Assembly (NCBI GenBank): GCA_003693705.1
Contig: RBZT01000860.1
Location: forward strand, 1 to 33,966
Direction: 5' to 3'
Length of the DNA stretch: 33,966 nt
Origin: Polymyxa betae A26-41
Lineage: Eukaryota > Protista > Endomyxa: Phytomyxea
Shown here: piece after piece, positions 22,091 to 33,966 of the stretch
How positions within the stretch are numbered: the stretch's first letter is position 1
Layout: each line of letters begins with the position of its first letter
The notes under the pieces: generated by a model
What the model saw: the letters and a program-made list of their open reading frames with translations, nothing else
The model's database searches: none
Told to the model about the DNA's origin: nothing
Translations under genes and position numbers: made by a program

Positions 22091-23020
22091 CAGGGGTGCC
22101 GAAATAATTACTCTTATTTATTCCTCATTAAGTGCAACAGGAATAGAATTATTCCTCCAGATATCTTGTACAGAGGAATTATTCCTTAATTAGGCACACA
22201 GGGAATAACTTATTCCGGAATAACTCCTGTTTATTCCCATATTTTCATAAAGAGGTCCTCGTTCCACAAATGAGAGTTCGCTTTTAGAAAAAGCTGTGTC
22301 TCCAGGCTCTCAGGAAGCAGTCCTTGTCGGGTTTTAGAGAAGGTACATCCGGACATTCTAAACATCCTTTCACAAACATTTGTGGTGGGATGAATAAAGC
22401 GGAGATCGATGAATCGTGAACTTTCGCAATCGACACCCGTTTTGCGTTTTTTGATGATAGAGAGAGAGGACGCAAAACTCGATGAACGTGTGGTGCTTCT
22501 ATGAGTCAAAGACACAGAATGTTATGCGGAATGAGACCTTCCGTGTGTATTCGACATTTAGAATTAATATTAAAAAGAGGAAGAGTCACAAAAGCAACGA
22601 CATCAAATTGGTAGAGGCTACAAACTAGATTGTCTTGTCCGCGGACAAGACAGTGCGGGATGACGTCAGGAGGCCGCGACCAGTCGTGAGCGACCACGGC
22701 GTGACACCGGTCGCGTACCGCCACGACCATGACGTTGGGAGCCCGCGCCATGCTGTCGGGACACGACTTACGTCCGATCTCCAACGGAGGGCGCAACTGC
22801 AAGCAATTCAGATACGCAGCACGCAGCTTCCCCGTGGTCATTCCAGTTGATAACATTGAAAGGAATAACATGAACTTATTCCTCGTCCTCACGCAGGAAT
22901 AATTCCTCCCCTACTTTGCGTACCTAGGAATTATTCTCCAACGATCTCAGACAGGAATAAATTATTCCCACCCGGGAATAAGAATTATTCCTCGAGGGAA
23001 TTATTTATTCGGCACCCCTG
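22091..23020 (-). mobile_element. non-autonomous hAT transposon (930 bp)
   Basis: TIR CAGGGGTGCCGAA. Perfect 8-bp TSD GCTGAGCT (22083-22090, 23021-23028). Many subterminal GGAATAA/TTATTCC motifs. Retains the hAT C-terminal dimerisation domain (PTTNVCERMFRMSG...RQGLLPESLETQLFLKANSHLW, 22231-22420). Confidence 0.95.
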
Positions 23021-23449
23021 GCTGAGCTTCTTTAGTTGTAATTCCGTTGATTCTCCCACTTTCTAGATTCAGAAGATTACCCTTACAAAGGCGTTGTTTA
23101 TGGATTGGCCAATTGTAATTTGTCTGAAAGTCGACTTTTTCAGGTTGTCTTTTTTTCTTTTATTACTTCATCTTGCTGTACTTTTTTCCACTGACCACTT
23201 TTTTGTTTTCGGTTTCCGTTTCACGAATCGTTCTTCTTGATGCTTTTTTGATACGATCTCGTCGCGCTGATTTTTGTTTCTTAGGAACCAATGCTTGGAA
23301 GCACATGGATCACATTTTATATACGTTGACCACGGCGCGCCAGGATGGGTTTCTGGCGCTAATCCCGTCTATCTTTGCTCTTTTCCCAATGTTCACCGAC
23401 AGCGGGTTCGTCTCTAAGGTGCACCATATCACCGACTCCGACACCGAGT

Positions 23450-24960
23450 GGATTGGATTGGATTGGATTCGACCAGTTCGCTGATTTCTGGTCAACAGGC
23501 GGCGCTCTCTCCAAAACGCATGGCTGGATAATTTAGGCAAATTGCCCAAATTGATTCCAGGACCCGTACTACCGATTTTCGGGGCGTTGAGGTAATTCAC
23601 CCGTTTTAATAACTGTTGATCGTAACCGGCCCTATCAGCAGGACCTAAGAGAGCCTCGATAAGGTAAGGTAAGTACCCGCCCAATCCAACAGGGACTCGA
23701 ACCCATTACCCTATCCATATCTAATACTCTCCTACTGGTTTCCCAGCTTTAAGCATGAGTCGCTAAATGTAACAGCCGATAGAATATGCTTTTGCTAAAA
23801 ATTTTGCCATGAGTTTGGCGTGTGTATACAGTGCGTCGTTGAAGTCTGTAATGTTAAGTTTGTTCGTATTTCTTTCGATACTTTTTCAGTTGCTTTTTTT
23901 TACATTTCAGGAGCTGATGTTCTATAGTCTCACTCTTTTTATTGCAGTGTCGACAAACATCGCTGGGCTCTATATTTAGATTGTGTAAATGTGATCGAGC
24001 TCGAGTGTGTCCTGTTCTTACTCTGTTTAATAGAGGGCTATCAAAGTAGATCTGATAGTCTGTATTACCATCTCTACTCTGTGTTCGAGAAAAACCGTCT
24101 ATTAGAGGAGTTCGTTTTGGGGAGTTTGCAAATCCGCTTGGTTTCACGTTTATGTAGTTTTTGTCTTTCTAACTGCTTATACATTAATTTATATGAAGAA
24201 ACTAATGGGTCGTGTTCAATCAGTTCTCCATCTATTACAGCCTGCTTGGCTAGTTCGTCTATCGCATCACTTTCTGCAATCTGCTGTGTGTGACTTGGAA
24301 TAAAGTGAAGTTCGACTTCGTTTTCTTCGCTAAGTTCAGCTAGCTTTTCGGCTACATCACTTACGACAGCGTTGACGAATTTGTATTTGTATGGGAGGCA
24401 TGCCAGTTGTTGCAAACAAGATAATGAATCCTTAAATATATGAATATGTCTATTTTCTGGATACAGTTCCAGTAGTGAGGTAATGCCAGATTGTAATGCG
24501 ATGATTTCTGCTTCATAGCTTGACGTCACATGTTCTATTTGTATTGAGGTGTGGATCTCAAGTTCAAATATAGTACTGTGTGAATCTGGGTCCGAGATGT
24601 GCAGTATTGAAGCAGCTCCACTTGTCATGTACTCTGTAGTTAAACTTACCTCTGCTGAAACTGCCGTCTGTCCATAGTGAAATATCGGGATTTGTGGTAA
24701 TCAGTTGGGCGTTCTCGTGTTTTTCTAACGCTTCTGCTCTGGAACTCAGGTGAAATTTACATTTGCAAGTTGCTCTAGTATATAGGATTTCATTATTATT
24801 TGTGAGTGGATATCACCGCTATATCTCTTTGCTGTAACTTGTACAGCTCTTCTGACAAGTCTAAAAGGGGTCCATCCATTACATATGCTGCAAATTAAAA
24901 GATTCTCGCAATGTGATTGTAAACCTGACAATGCATTGTATTCGTGTTTTAAGCCGCAGC
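23450..24960 (-). mobile_element. 5'-truncated RNase H-encoding non-LTR retrotransposon (I/Ingi-like architecture)
   Basis: RT C-terminal remnant (24746-24960). RNase H motifs WTDGS (~24670, frameshifted), SSYEAEIIAL, DSLS, FIPSH and DELAK. C-terminal RVRTGH...CRHC...ETIEHQLLKC finger, a 3' UTR and an (AATCC)4 tail at 23450-23469. Confidence 0.9.
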
Positions 24961-25345
24961 CTACAATTAGGAGATCGATAGAGCAAATTAAAATCCCAAA
25001 CTGTCATTCTCTGCAAACATATTTCGAGATGTGGCAGAAAATGTGAACCATGCAGCCAGTCCGGATTGCTGAGAGAATCGCCTTAAAAAGTTTGAAAGCC
25101 GTCTATCAGATTGACTGATTACGTGAAACCAAATCCGCCCGAATCAAAGTTGTTGTTCTGAACAAACAACTAAGGCATCCAACGCACTTTATACAACTGC
25201 TAAGGCATCAAAGCACTTTAGATTGAATATTGGTCATCGTATCACATAGGCTGCAACATATCATCTTGCGTCATTTGCTTTACCATTTCTCAACAGCAAT
25301 TCGATCCGCATCAAACAATTGGCTTTTTTAATTCTAAAACCGTAT

Positions 25346-26040
25346 TTAGGACTTTTTGAATATTGCTTTCAAAAGAAATAAGCTTTTTTTCAATAGAGGT
25401 AAGCCTCTCCTTGATATCCTTGATGTCCGTGAAGGTATTTTGAAACGGTACATGAATGAAATAAACAGGAAGGCTGAAATTGTTACGTTAGTGTAACGAT
25501 TGCGAGATGTTTTGAGCGTTTTTAGAGCGGCCTGAATTTTGTCAACGGCTGAGTCGAACTCGTCGACATGGGAGTCAACAAAAACCCCAATGGCGACCGG
25601 CGATTGCACAACCGGATCCAAAAACTTTCGAAGAATCAGAAATCGTTGAATTCGAAATATCTTCTCTGCGAATTTCAATGGCGTCTGGCAAATTTCGAAA
25701 TAGATAGTGTCACCCGAGCGGATTTTTAGCTCCTCCACAGATGGGCAATCGAATCCAATAGCTCGACTAATGTGGGACTTGCCACCAAATATATCAAGCT
25801 GCGATAATGATGCATGAATTTCAATCCAATCAGCATATCGACTTCGTAGTCATGATTGCTCTCTGTGGAGTACTGCTTAAGTTGGCCCAGGACTAACAGC
25901 TGTGGAGCTGTTATTGTACCATTTGGTCAGTTAGTTGCAGTGAAGTCCAGGCGCAGTTTCTACAGCATGAATTCCAATCAACATATCGACTTCGTAGTCA
26001 TGATTGCTCTCATAACCTCTGTTCGGAAAGTTTGGTAATG
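25346..26040 (-). pseudogene. degenerate protein with a possible PD-(D/E)xK-like (Crinkler-type REase) domain
   Basis: YEVDMLIG ... IYFEICQTPLKFAEKIFRIQRFL ... VAIGVFVD. Frameshifted, with an internal 39-bp duplication (25825-25863, 25973-26011). Family call is from remembered motif style only. Confidence 0.3.
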
Positions 26041-29000
26041 AGAACCCAGAATCCTGGAGTTGAAACAATGAAACCCAACCACGATGAAACTGCGGATTGA
26101 GAACATCCTTCGCTCTTGCGGCGCCCGATGCACAAAGAGCATATCGGTGGAGGGCTGTTTTACAAGGAACAGGGCGAAAACCTCCGTGAACCTGTAGTTC
26201 GAAAGGGTGATGAACGAATCGGCGATCGAGAGTTTCAGAACATGTATACAGACTTTTACGAGAATGTGCCTAAACAGTGGCAACCGATGTTATCAAAAAA
26301 CTAGATTGAAATCGAACTATTACCGATTGGAAAGAAGTACCCAGCCTGGTTTGTGAACAATTTTGAAAGTAGCAGTCCTGCCATTATCAAATTCAGCGTC
26401 ATGTTTATATTCGATACTCTTCTGTAAAGCTTACTTTTGGCTGAGAAAAGGTAGCGCAGAGAACATGACAGCTGATTCATGATTACGCTGCTCAGACGCA
26501 GATGGCGACAGTGGCAACTATTGAAATTTAAAGCGACTCGACAGACGAATATATAATTGAAAAGAGCGGATACGCACTTTTTAGTTCGCTACGGATTCGG
26601 TTAAACCAGCAAAGCACTTCAACAGTGGTTCAGAATATGCAAGGTTTAAAGTTCCTAATTAGACTTTTTTCGCCTTTTTCGTCTCATTTTTTCAATCTAA
26701 AAAGGCCTCTTCCTTTTGGAAAATGTTCGCATTTTCGATTTTCTAGCTGAAGACGAAGCTGCACGCATTTTATGCTGATATGAAAGCGACCTGGAAAGGT
26801 GAATGACGTCTCATCAAAGACAGCTTGTTTCGATTGATTCTGTATTAAATACATTTGGCTTTATTTCCGAGTATTCGCCTGGCGTCACCGCCCTTTGATT
26901 ACACTCAACAAACTACACGATCCCATTCCATTCCATTCTTCCAGGTTATTCTCAATACTGATTCGTGACAATCCTGTGTTTACATACTGACAAACCCGCA
27001 TGCCTTCATTTAGTAATTGACAAACAGAAAGTGCCTGCGAATTTCTGCTGAAATCGACACTTCGAGGCAGTACGGCCATAGCGTCGTAATTCGACCGGCG
27101 TGATGCAGTACATCATGAGCAAGGTGAAAAGCACTAATAGGTTTATTAGATACCATTTGATTTTCTTCAGGTGATAATTCAGATATTGGACATCAGGAGA
27201 TGGACGAGATCGACGCCGCCTTCCCGATCAGCCTCAGAGCGGGCTCTGTTACACTCATAACTGGATTACGATACAGGACAGCTGATTCGGAAAATTGTTA
27301 CAATATAATGCCAGTCAGCCTTGATATTTTTCAAAGCGCAAAGTTTCGTGGGTGAAGAAATTCCCAAGATAAAATGGCGTCAGCAGATATCGCTTTTGCT
27401 GAGATATAGAACCTACATAGCAGCTAGATAATGCTCGTCATGGTTCAGCTCGATGAAAGTAGATACTATTTAATCAAGATATTGTAACCCTGTACTGAGC
27501 AATGGCAGGTCGATTTTTCGTCCCATCAGGCTCATAAAATCGCCATTTGAAATGTTCACGAACGTTGTTTGAGGATAAATCAGGAGACTTTACAACCATC
27601 TCCGGATCTGGTCTAAAATCCATTCCGGATTGATATTCGGATCTGTTATGTTTCTTACAGATGCGACCAGGAAATGTTCCAAATCCTCCTGTGAGTCTGT
27701 ATTGATCTCAGGTCCACACATTGATCATAATATGCCTTCATACTTCAGATTGCTTCTGTGCGCTCTGCTGCATTCGACAGGTTTTGGCGTCTTATTTCAA
27801 CCTTTAACCAAATTCAGATGATCTTAATTGTTCTTTCATTTAGAGAGTTTACTGAACATGTTTTCGGACTCGTTATTTCCCCTTTTGTTAATCGTTCCTG
27901 ATTGATGATTTATTCGCTCTAGGTTTACTTTAGAACAGTTCTGGAATCCATCAGAAATGCGGCAGAATCGTGTATTAATAACACTGCTGACGGCGGTGGG
28001 AGCAATGCAGCATTGCTCCCACCGCCGTCGCTATTGGCTTGCTCAGCGTTTTTGTCAACCCTTCTGGGTCAGAATACATGATTATGAGGTTCCTTTCTTT
28101 ATCATTTTTCAAAACATCTCTTGTTTTCTATCCTGTTTTCGGCGTCCAGATTGGCATTTCTCGTTGTTTGTTCTCATCGACTGATTGATATTTACCTGAT
28201 GCCTCCATTTATTTCGAAATTGAAATTGCCACTTCAGGGTCTGATTCCGGGTGTGATTATTTCCATTGTTCTCTCACTTTCTATCTTCTATGGGCCTAGC
28301 ATTAATTTCCTCCTCTGTTATTCTTTCACATTATGCTGCGATTGAGTAAATGAGAAGCTGGTCTTGGTTTCCAGGCTTGAACTAGAACGAAGAGATCTCT
28401 AAAGTCAATCATAACAGGATCGATTTTGATTTCATAGGCGCCTTTTCAACCTCAAAGGCCGCCGGGCTCTAAGATCTGTAGGTCTGTGTGTTGTTAGCGT
28501 TCGATTGACGGATGATGATGCGTGTGCGCCATGAAGTCATGAAGCAATACTGCCCCTTGGACATCGACCTGAATGTGTGACGTTTCCGACACAACATTAG
28601 CGGCAACAGTTGTAGGAGTAACGAGAATTGTAGGAATGTCGAGAATGCCTGAAAGGAGATATCATTATTTGCCGGAATCATCGTTATCATACCCGAAACT
28701 TAGATCACAAACAAAAAAGAAAATGATGGTTTGCGAAGGAGTTTCAAGAGCTATTGCAGAGAGAATTAAACAGGTGAAAAAGAGAAAGCCAATTGAAGAA
28801 AACCGCACCCATTATAGCCAGAAATTTTAGGAGATTAATCCGGCTTATTTCATGCATTATGCATTCTCGATGGATCAATGGATTCCTGGCCTGATGCTGA
28901 TCTAATACTTCGTGAACCTGTGTCCACGTCTCCATGACGAGATAATGGAAGTTGCAGCTGAAGGCCAACACCGCCGGAGTTTACAGCGTGTCTGAACCAT

Positions 29001-29219
29001 ATCATTTTTGTGGCTACGCTTATGAAGGCTCCGTCGTTTTTAAATCGGTTAGTATCAGGCAAAAAGAAAAAGAAAAATCCGGGAGGGAGGCCGCCAAGGA
29101 CCAAATTGATCTGCTGGAGGCGGACGGGCGGCACTGCCTTGATCAAATAACATTTACTGGTCCGAGCCGATTATCGTTGCGGCGTCATACTGAAATTGAA
29201 CAGCACAGACAAAGGCAGA

Positions 29220-30803
29220 ATGAGTCCGAGGGCGCGTGCCAAAAGTCTGTTCAGAAAAGTGAGCTTCTCTCTGATCATTGCTCCAGAATTGAAGCTTTTG
29301 GCAATTTCGACATTTATGTCTTCAGATTTCGACATTTCATGCAGTCAGAAACCATATTTCGGCGCTCAAGAGCTCTTTCTGATTCTGTACAGTTTTACAT
29401 GGAGTTTCCACGCTTCCTCATATTCACATTATCAGATCTTACGACTGTTCCACTCCCCTTGCAAAGCTTATTGGAAGCGTTTCTTGGGCCGTTTTGCAGT
29501 AGGATTCCTTATAATGAATGTTTTTCCATTCGTTTTTCTGGTCGTGTTCGGCATTATATACGGATGTTTGAATTCCAGCGAGTGGTGGAACTTCATCTCT
29601 GTTTTCTTCGCATATTTGTCCAACTTTGCACTTCCCAGACTGTTGAGGTTATGCGTGGGATCCTGCTTTCTGAAGCTCTATCCGCACGAAGAGAAATGGA
29701 GAGAAGACCGCGAAAAGTTGATCAAAGATTTGAGAGAGCATTCTCCCTCTCATGATTTGTTAGTATTTGCTGTATATGGCATTCTGTTCACACTCTTTGC
29801 CTTAGGGCTGCTGTTCGTTTCTCAATGCAACGGCTGCTATACAGTAACGCGCTGGGTTTTGTTAGCTGTATTCTCTGTTGCGGCGATTTGTATATTCGTG
29901 GCGTGGAGACTATTTCCAAAATCGTACAAGTGCGGCTACTTGTTTGATGAGGTCCCCGAGAGTGGAATGATTATCTTTTGTGTTGAGAAAGTCATTTATT
30001 GCAATCCAACAACAGCAGAGTTCTTCATCCTCAGATCTGGTCTCTGGAATGAAGTGGCGGGAACAGATTCCGTCAGGAGATGCCAATTTGCATGCAACAA
30101 CTCTATCATTTTGACCAGGAAATCTGTTATCCTTGCAAATATAGGCGAAGGCTGGACTTATAACACGTTGTTAGAATTCTGGCAACTAAACGATTTTGAT
30201 GAAGAAGTGTTGGATTTGAAAATCGATCATACTGGACAAATTTACTTTGTTAAAGAGGGCAGCAATGCGATTCATGTAATCTCGGTCCAGAACGAGGTTA
30301 CGGTTTTGGATTTGCAAAATGACGCCGACAGTATTAATAACCAGAGTTTCCATGGTCCTTCTGGTATTGCATTAGATCCGACCGGATCTTTGATGTATGT
30401 AGCTGACTCTGGCAATAATCGTATCAGAAGAATCAACCTTAAGACAAGGACACCCGAAACGATTTCATTCAATATAGATCTTTCCAGCCCTAAAAGTGTT
30501 GCCATTTGTCATGAAGCTGGCATATTGTTTATTGCGGATACTGGCAATCATCGCATCTGTGTCATTGATCTAAATACGAGACAAATGAGAGAACTGAACA
30601 CATATCACTATCAAGCGACGGGAATTACTCTAAACGGATTTTACGGTCCGCAGTACCGAGCTGAGTTCCAATCTCCGAAACAAGTCGTTGTTGGTCCCGA
30701 TGGGGACCTGTTAGTTATTGATGTTCAGGTCATGACTGATACTCAGAGCATCCATTTGATCAAGTTTCCAAAGAATGAACTCCTGACTGTCTGTATTCAT
30801 TAA
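29220..30803 (+). CDS. multi-TM membrane protein with C-terminal NHL-repeat beta-propeller
   Basis: Intact intronless ORF from ATG 29220. About 6-7 hydrophobic helices, then NHL repeats FHGPSGIALDPTGSLMYVADSGNNRIRRI, LSSPKSVAI...LFIADTGNHRICVID and FQSPKQVVVGPDGDLLVID. Confidence 0.85.
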   Translation: MSPRARAKSLFRKVSFSLIIAPELKLLAISTFMSSDFDISCSQKPYFGAQELFLILYSFTWSFHASSYSHYQILRLFHSPCKAYWKRFLGRFAVGFLIMNVFPFVFLVVFGIIYGCLNSSEWWNFISVFFAYLSNFALPRLLRLCVGSCFLKLYPHEEKWREDREKLIKDLREHSPSHDLLVFAVYGILFTLFALGLLFVSQCNGCYTVTRWVLLAVFSVAAICIFVAWRLFPKSYKCGYLFDEVPESGMIIFCVEKVIYCNPTTAEFFILRSGLWNEVAGTDSVRRCQFACNNSIILTRKSVILANIGEGWTYNTLLEFWQLNDFDEEVLDLKIDHTGQIYFVKEGSNAIHVISVQNEVTVLDLQNDADSINNQSFHGPSGIALDPTGSLMYVADSGNNRIRRINLKTRTPETISFNIDLSSPKSVAICHEAGILFIADTGNHRICVIDLNTRQMRELNTYHYQATGITLNGFYGPQYRAEFQSPKQVVVGPDGDLLVIDVQVMTDTQSIHLIKFPKNELLTVCIH

Positions 30804-31049
30804 CCCTTTAAATAGAGCACCAAATCTGTTAAATATAAAGTATTGAGAATACGACTGTCCAAAAACAGTTTTTGTATCTTCAACTCTGCTAGATTGAAGG
30901 AAGTGGCGTCAACAAACCCCATCGAGACCTGCAGTTTTGCATGCAACAAGTCGACCATTTCAACTAAGAAATCTTAATGTTGGGTCGTACTCCCCCGCGC
31001 GCAGACCCCCCTCCCCAACGTACCGGAACCTGACAGTCCTGACTACCTG

Positions 31050-32665
31050 GGAATCATTTATTCCGGGTAGAAGGTGGTAGGAATAAATTAGAATATTTAT
31101 TCCTTTGTGGGGATAATTGTGAGGGACATACAGACCGGCGCAACCCACCGAGGCGCAGTCCTGGCAAGCGCAGCCCGCACCTTCCGACATGACGGCAAGT
31201 TAAGTCCGTGGCCAGTCGTCTTGCCCCACTGGTACCCCAGTGAGGCTTTGTTCGTCATTAATCATCCTCGGTGAGATTCATTGCCGAGGCTTCATACTTG
31301 TAATTCCCTTATAAACATCGCTTCAATTCTTCCAGCTCCTGCTGCGTCCCTCGTACTCGTCGCCCTTACAGGCCTCGTCCTCGTCCACTTGTCCTCGGCA
31401 ACCCTTTGTCTTTGTCCTCGTCAACGTTCTTCGGGCACTTTGCCCTCGTCTTCGTCCTCTCCTCTGACAATAATTCCCAAAGATTTTCTGAATGATTCGT
31501 ATTCCATGTTAGAATGCATAATCTCAACATTCCAGGGTAACCCTGCGTCCATCGGTCAAATACAATTGCAAACTGATCCAGAAGCGTTGTTTTGATTTCC
31601 CTCAACTAAAAAGGTTAGTTTGTCCATACATTCTTTCAAGTTTGCCTAATAACCAAGGGTTTTCTTTTTCCCAAGAGTTGGAGGGAAGCAAGTCTTCCAC
31701 TTGATTCTTGTGAAGATGTTCTCGCCTGCTCAATCGTAACCGGGTGATGAATGTTGATATGGTCCAGCAGGTTCTGCCATCCTCGGTTTTTCTTGCGGAA
31801 CATCCCACAGTGACAGTCTGACAGGTCCAGACGTGGTCCTCGCCATCCACAAAATATTTTGCAACAAGCTCCTTACTATCAACCCGGGCCATCTCTCCTT
31901 CAGCTGTCATCGTTTTGCCAATAAAAAGCAGCCGCGGTGCCCGCTATGACCTTCGCATTTATAATTGGAGTATATCTAGGAATATATTCCCTATTCTGTC
32001 ATGCCCATTGAGCATGACAGTACGCGCAGCCACCCAGCCGACCACCAGGCAGTCGTACTGGCCCTCCCTGAGGGGCTGCGGAGAGGGCTGCGCCCATACT
32101 GACGATTCCTATAGGGGAAGAGCCCTAACTGTCACGGACTGCACGGGCCCCCTCGTCTCCCAACTATGAATNNTGCTGACGATTCCTATAGGGGAAGAGC
32201 CCTAACTGTCACGGACTGCACGGGCCCCCTCGTCTCCCAACTATGAATGGCGAGGAGCGGCCTCCACGCAACCATTCCGATCAATTCCAAAATTCATACG
32301 TTTCTCATCTCGTCTCCGACTCTGTATTGCTTCGTTCTCTCGCCTCGCCTCACCTCCGACATCCCTCCGACCTTCGTCTCCGATTCGCCTCCGTCTCACC
32401 GGCACCGTTCCGTCCCTCCTACGCTCCACTCCGTGCCGCCGCTCCGCCTCCGAGGGCTCCCTGACGTCGCTCCGTTACAGGACACCGGCCCCCCGCGTCC
32501 TACCCTCCGCTCTCGAGTCATCGCACCGCTTACCTAACCAATAAAGGGGACCTTTTACTCGATCCTAACATATTCCGGAATAAATAACTCCATGACAGAC
32601 TAGAATAGGAATAATTTATTCTGCGGCGGTCACATTAGGAATAGCATATTTTATTTATTCACCTG
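31050..32665 (-). mobile_element. degenerate hAT element with transposase N-terminal remnant (BED finger plus first catalytic Asp region, ~31530-31910)
   Basis: KYF...VWTC..., frameshifted GWQNLLDHINIHHP, and FAIVFDRWT (hAT fDGWt motif). GGAATAA/TTATTCC clusters at 31050-31102, 31978-31990 and 32570-32660. End TTATTTATTCACCTG resembles the TIR of 22091-23020. Boundaries are approximate. Confidence 0.65.
32099..32248. other. scaffold gap (NN at 32172-32173) with a duplicated 73-bp contig overlap
   Basis: 32099-32171 is identical to 32176-32248 on either side of the Ns. Confidence 0.85.
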
Positions 32666-33625
32666 AAAGAATAGAGCTGTCCGCAAATAAACAGAAAGAT
32701 ACACGTTTCAGGTTAAGTGTCGGGTCGGTAATCTTGGCCCGGCCAATTTTTAGCATTAAACTGGCCACCAATATCAACTTCTGTAATGTGGTCTCTGAAA
32801 TTGAGATTTCCGAGATATCTGTCAATATGATCCGATCATCAAAAACTTTGAGAAAAATCGGGTCTTTTGCAGCAATGTTTTGGCTATTTGATGGGAACAA
32901 TATGTTTGTATCAGTAAGGAAGCGTACTCGGCATCATCAGGCTGCTATTTCTGAATTCCAGATTCAGTGCATGATATTCTCATTCAATAAAAAATCTCAC
33001 CAGAAAACCACACAGAGTTGTGTAGTCCGTGATCTTCACTCCAAAATCAAACAATTTCAAGAACTCAGAAAATGCCCTAAATAGTGGTAGAACAAAAGCC
33101 CATTGGTGGTGAACTAAATTTCATCCGTTTCATAAACGGATTTCCGTCTTTCTGGAGAGCAGGAGGGTCAATAGAGATGAAAGAACTATCTCGGACCTGA
33201 TTCATAGACTGATCAGCAGTTAACAGTTTAGATGGACATTCATCTCCGGAACATTGTTTAGGGAGTTCGCGATGATTGAAGGAATTCCCCCAGACTGTCT
33301 GAAACATGAGGAGATCTTTCTGACAGCATTTCATGACACATCGTAGTACAGGACGACACACCAAATATAACCAATTCCGTATTCTCATATCAGCCTTTCG
33401 CCAAGACCTTTCATATTTCCGGAAGGACCAGACCAATTTCCGATACAGATTCGCAATCAGAATCAGCTTTTGTAAGGTGTTCGGAGCAGAGCCGATTCGT
33501 TTGGTTTCGCTCACATCCAGATCATATCCGTTCACATTGATAGATATTGGACAGTTGATCTTGGAGTATGAACCTGCATCATCATCGGACTTTGAGGACA
33601 GGGAATGAAGGTCTTCATCATTCGG
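32655..33625 (-). pseudogene. fragmented hypothetical gene with an internally repeated domain
   Basis: Two ORF pieces share D.SE...TLQKLIL(I/V)A.L (LDVSETKRIGSAPNTLQKLILIANL; TDISEISISETTLQKLILVASL). Confidence 0.4.
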
Positions 33626-33966
33626 CTCTTTGATCTAATCTACAGTCAATATGCCGCTAGACAAAAGCTACTTAAATTCACCAGAAACTTGCAGAGACTG
33701 TTATAATCTGTTGTTATAGTATGGTGGAACGTGGTGGAAAGAAAAAATGCGTGAAAATTTAGACCTGCACGATCTGCGCGTAGATTAATCGTTCTTAAAA
33801 GTGATAGACATCAATCTGTTTATTCATTATTGGCAGCTGGCGAGAATGAACATGAATCGATAGCGTCTGTCTTACAATGCGAGCCCTTCCATTTTGAATG
33901 TTTTACCTGTGGTCCCCAACGTCGCAAAAATTCATCATGTGAAGCACCACAATGGTTTTGAAAACA

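Noticed and set aside
21400-23440. LINE ORF1 remnant on the - strand, interrupted by the hAT
   Set aside because: It is basic and low-complexity with only hints of Cys/His spacing, too degenerate to support.
23685-23760. tRNA gene (GGTTCGAGTCCC on the - strand)
   Set aside because: No A box or cloverleaf could be built, and it lies in the LINE 3' UTR.
30978-32164. LTR bounded by TGTTGGG...CCCAAC
   Set aside because: There is no terminal CA and no TSD, and the right end abuts the assembly gap.
32093-32171. Hammerhead ribozyme (CTGACGA-hairpin-GGAAG)
   Set aside because: There is no GAAA or NUH cleavage triplet with a consistent stem III. CTGATGA at ~1452 also lacks the downstream core.
32099-32248. 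73-bp tandem duplication as a biological repeat or CRISPR-like unit
   Set aside because: The copies flank an NN gap exactly, which is typical of unmerged contig overlap.

Overview
This is a eukaryotic, transposon-rich, gene-poor window, not prokaryotic. It has ~50-nt GT-AG introns, solo LTRs, MITEs with target-site duplications (TSDs) and LINE remnants. Short introns, TTTAGGG/TTTTAGGG motifs and the transposon types suggest a protist such as a plasmodiophorid or oomycete-like lineage, which is inference only. Well-supported elements are a Crypton remnant, a solo LTR with a 5-bp TSD, a truncated copia element whose primer site matches the anticodon arm of tRNA-Lys(CUU), several MITEs, a non-autonomous hAT with a perfect 8-bp TSD, and an RNase H LINE ending in (AATCC)n. 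The LINE 3' UTR has a divergent relative at the window start. A ~5-kb block holds three disrupted microtubule-related genes: HAUS4/augmin, a very divergent alpha-like tubulin and a SAXO/Mn-repeat-like protein. Two long ORFs look intact: a multi-TM protein and a multi-TM plus NHL-repeat protein. All assignments come from manual reading and remembered family motifs; no database searches were run.
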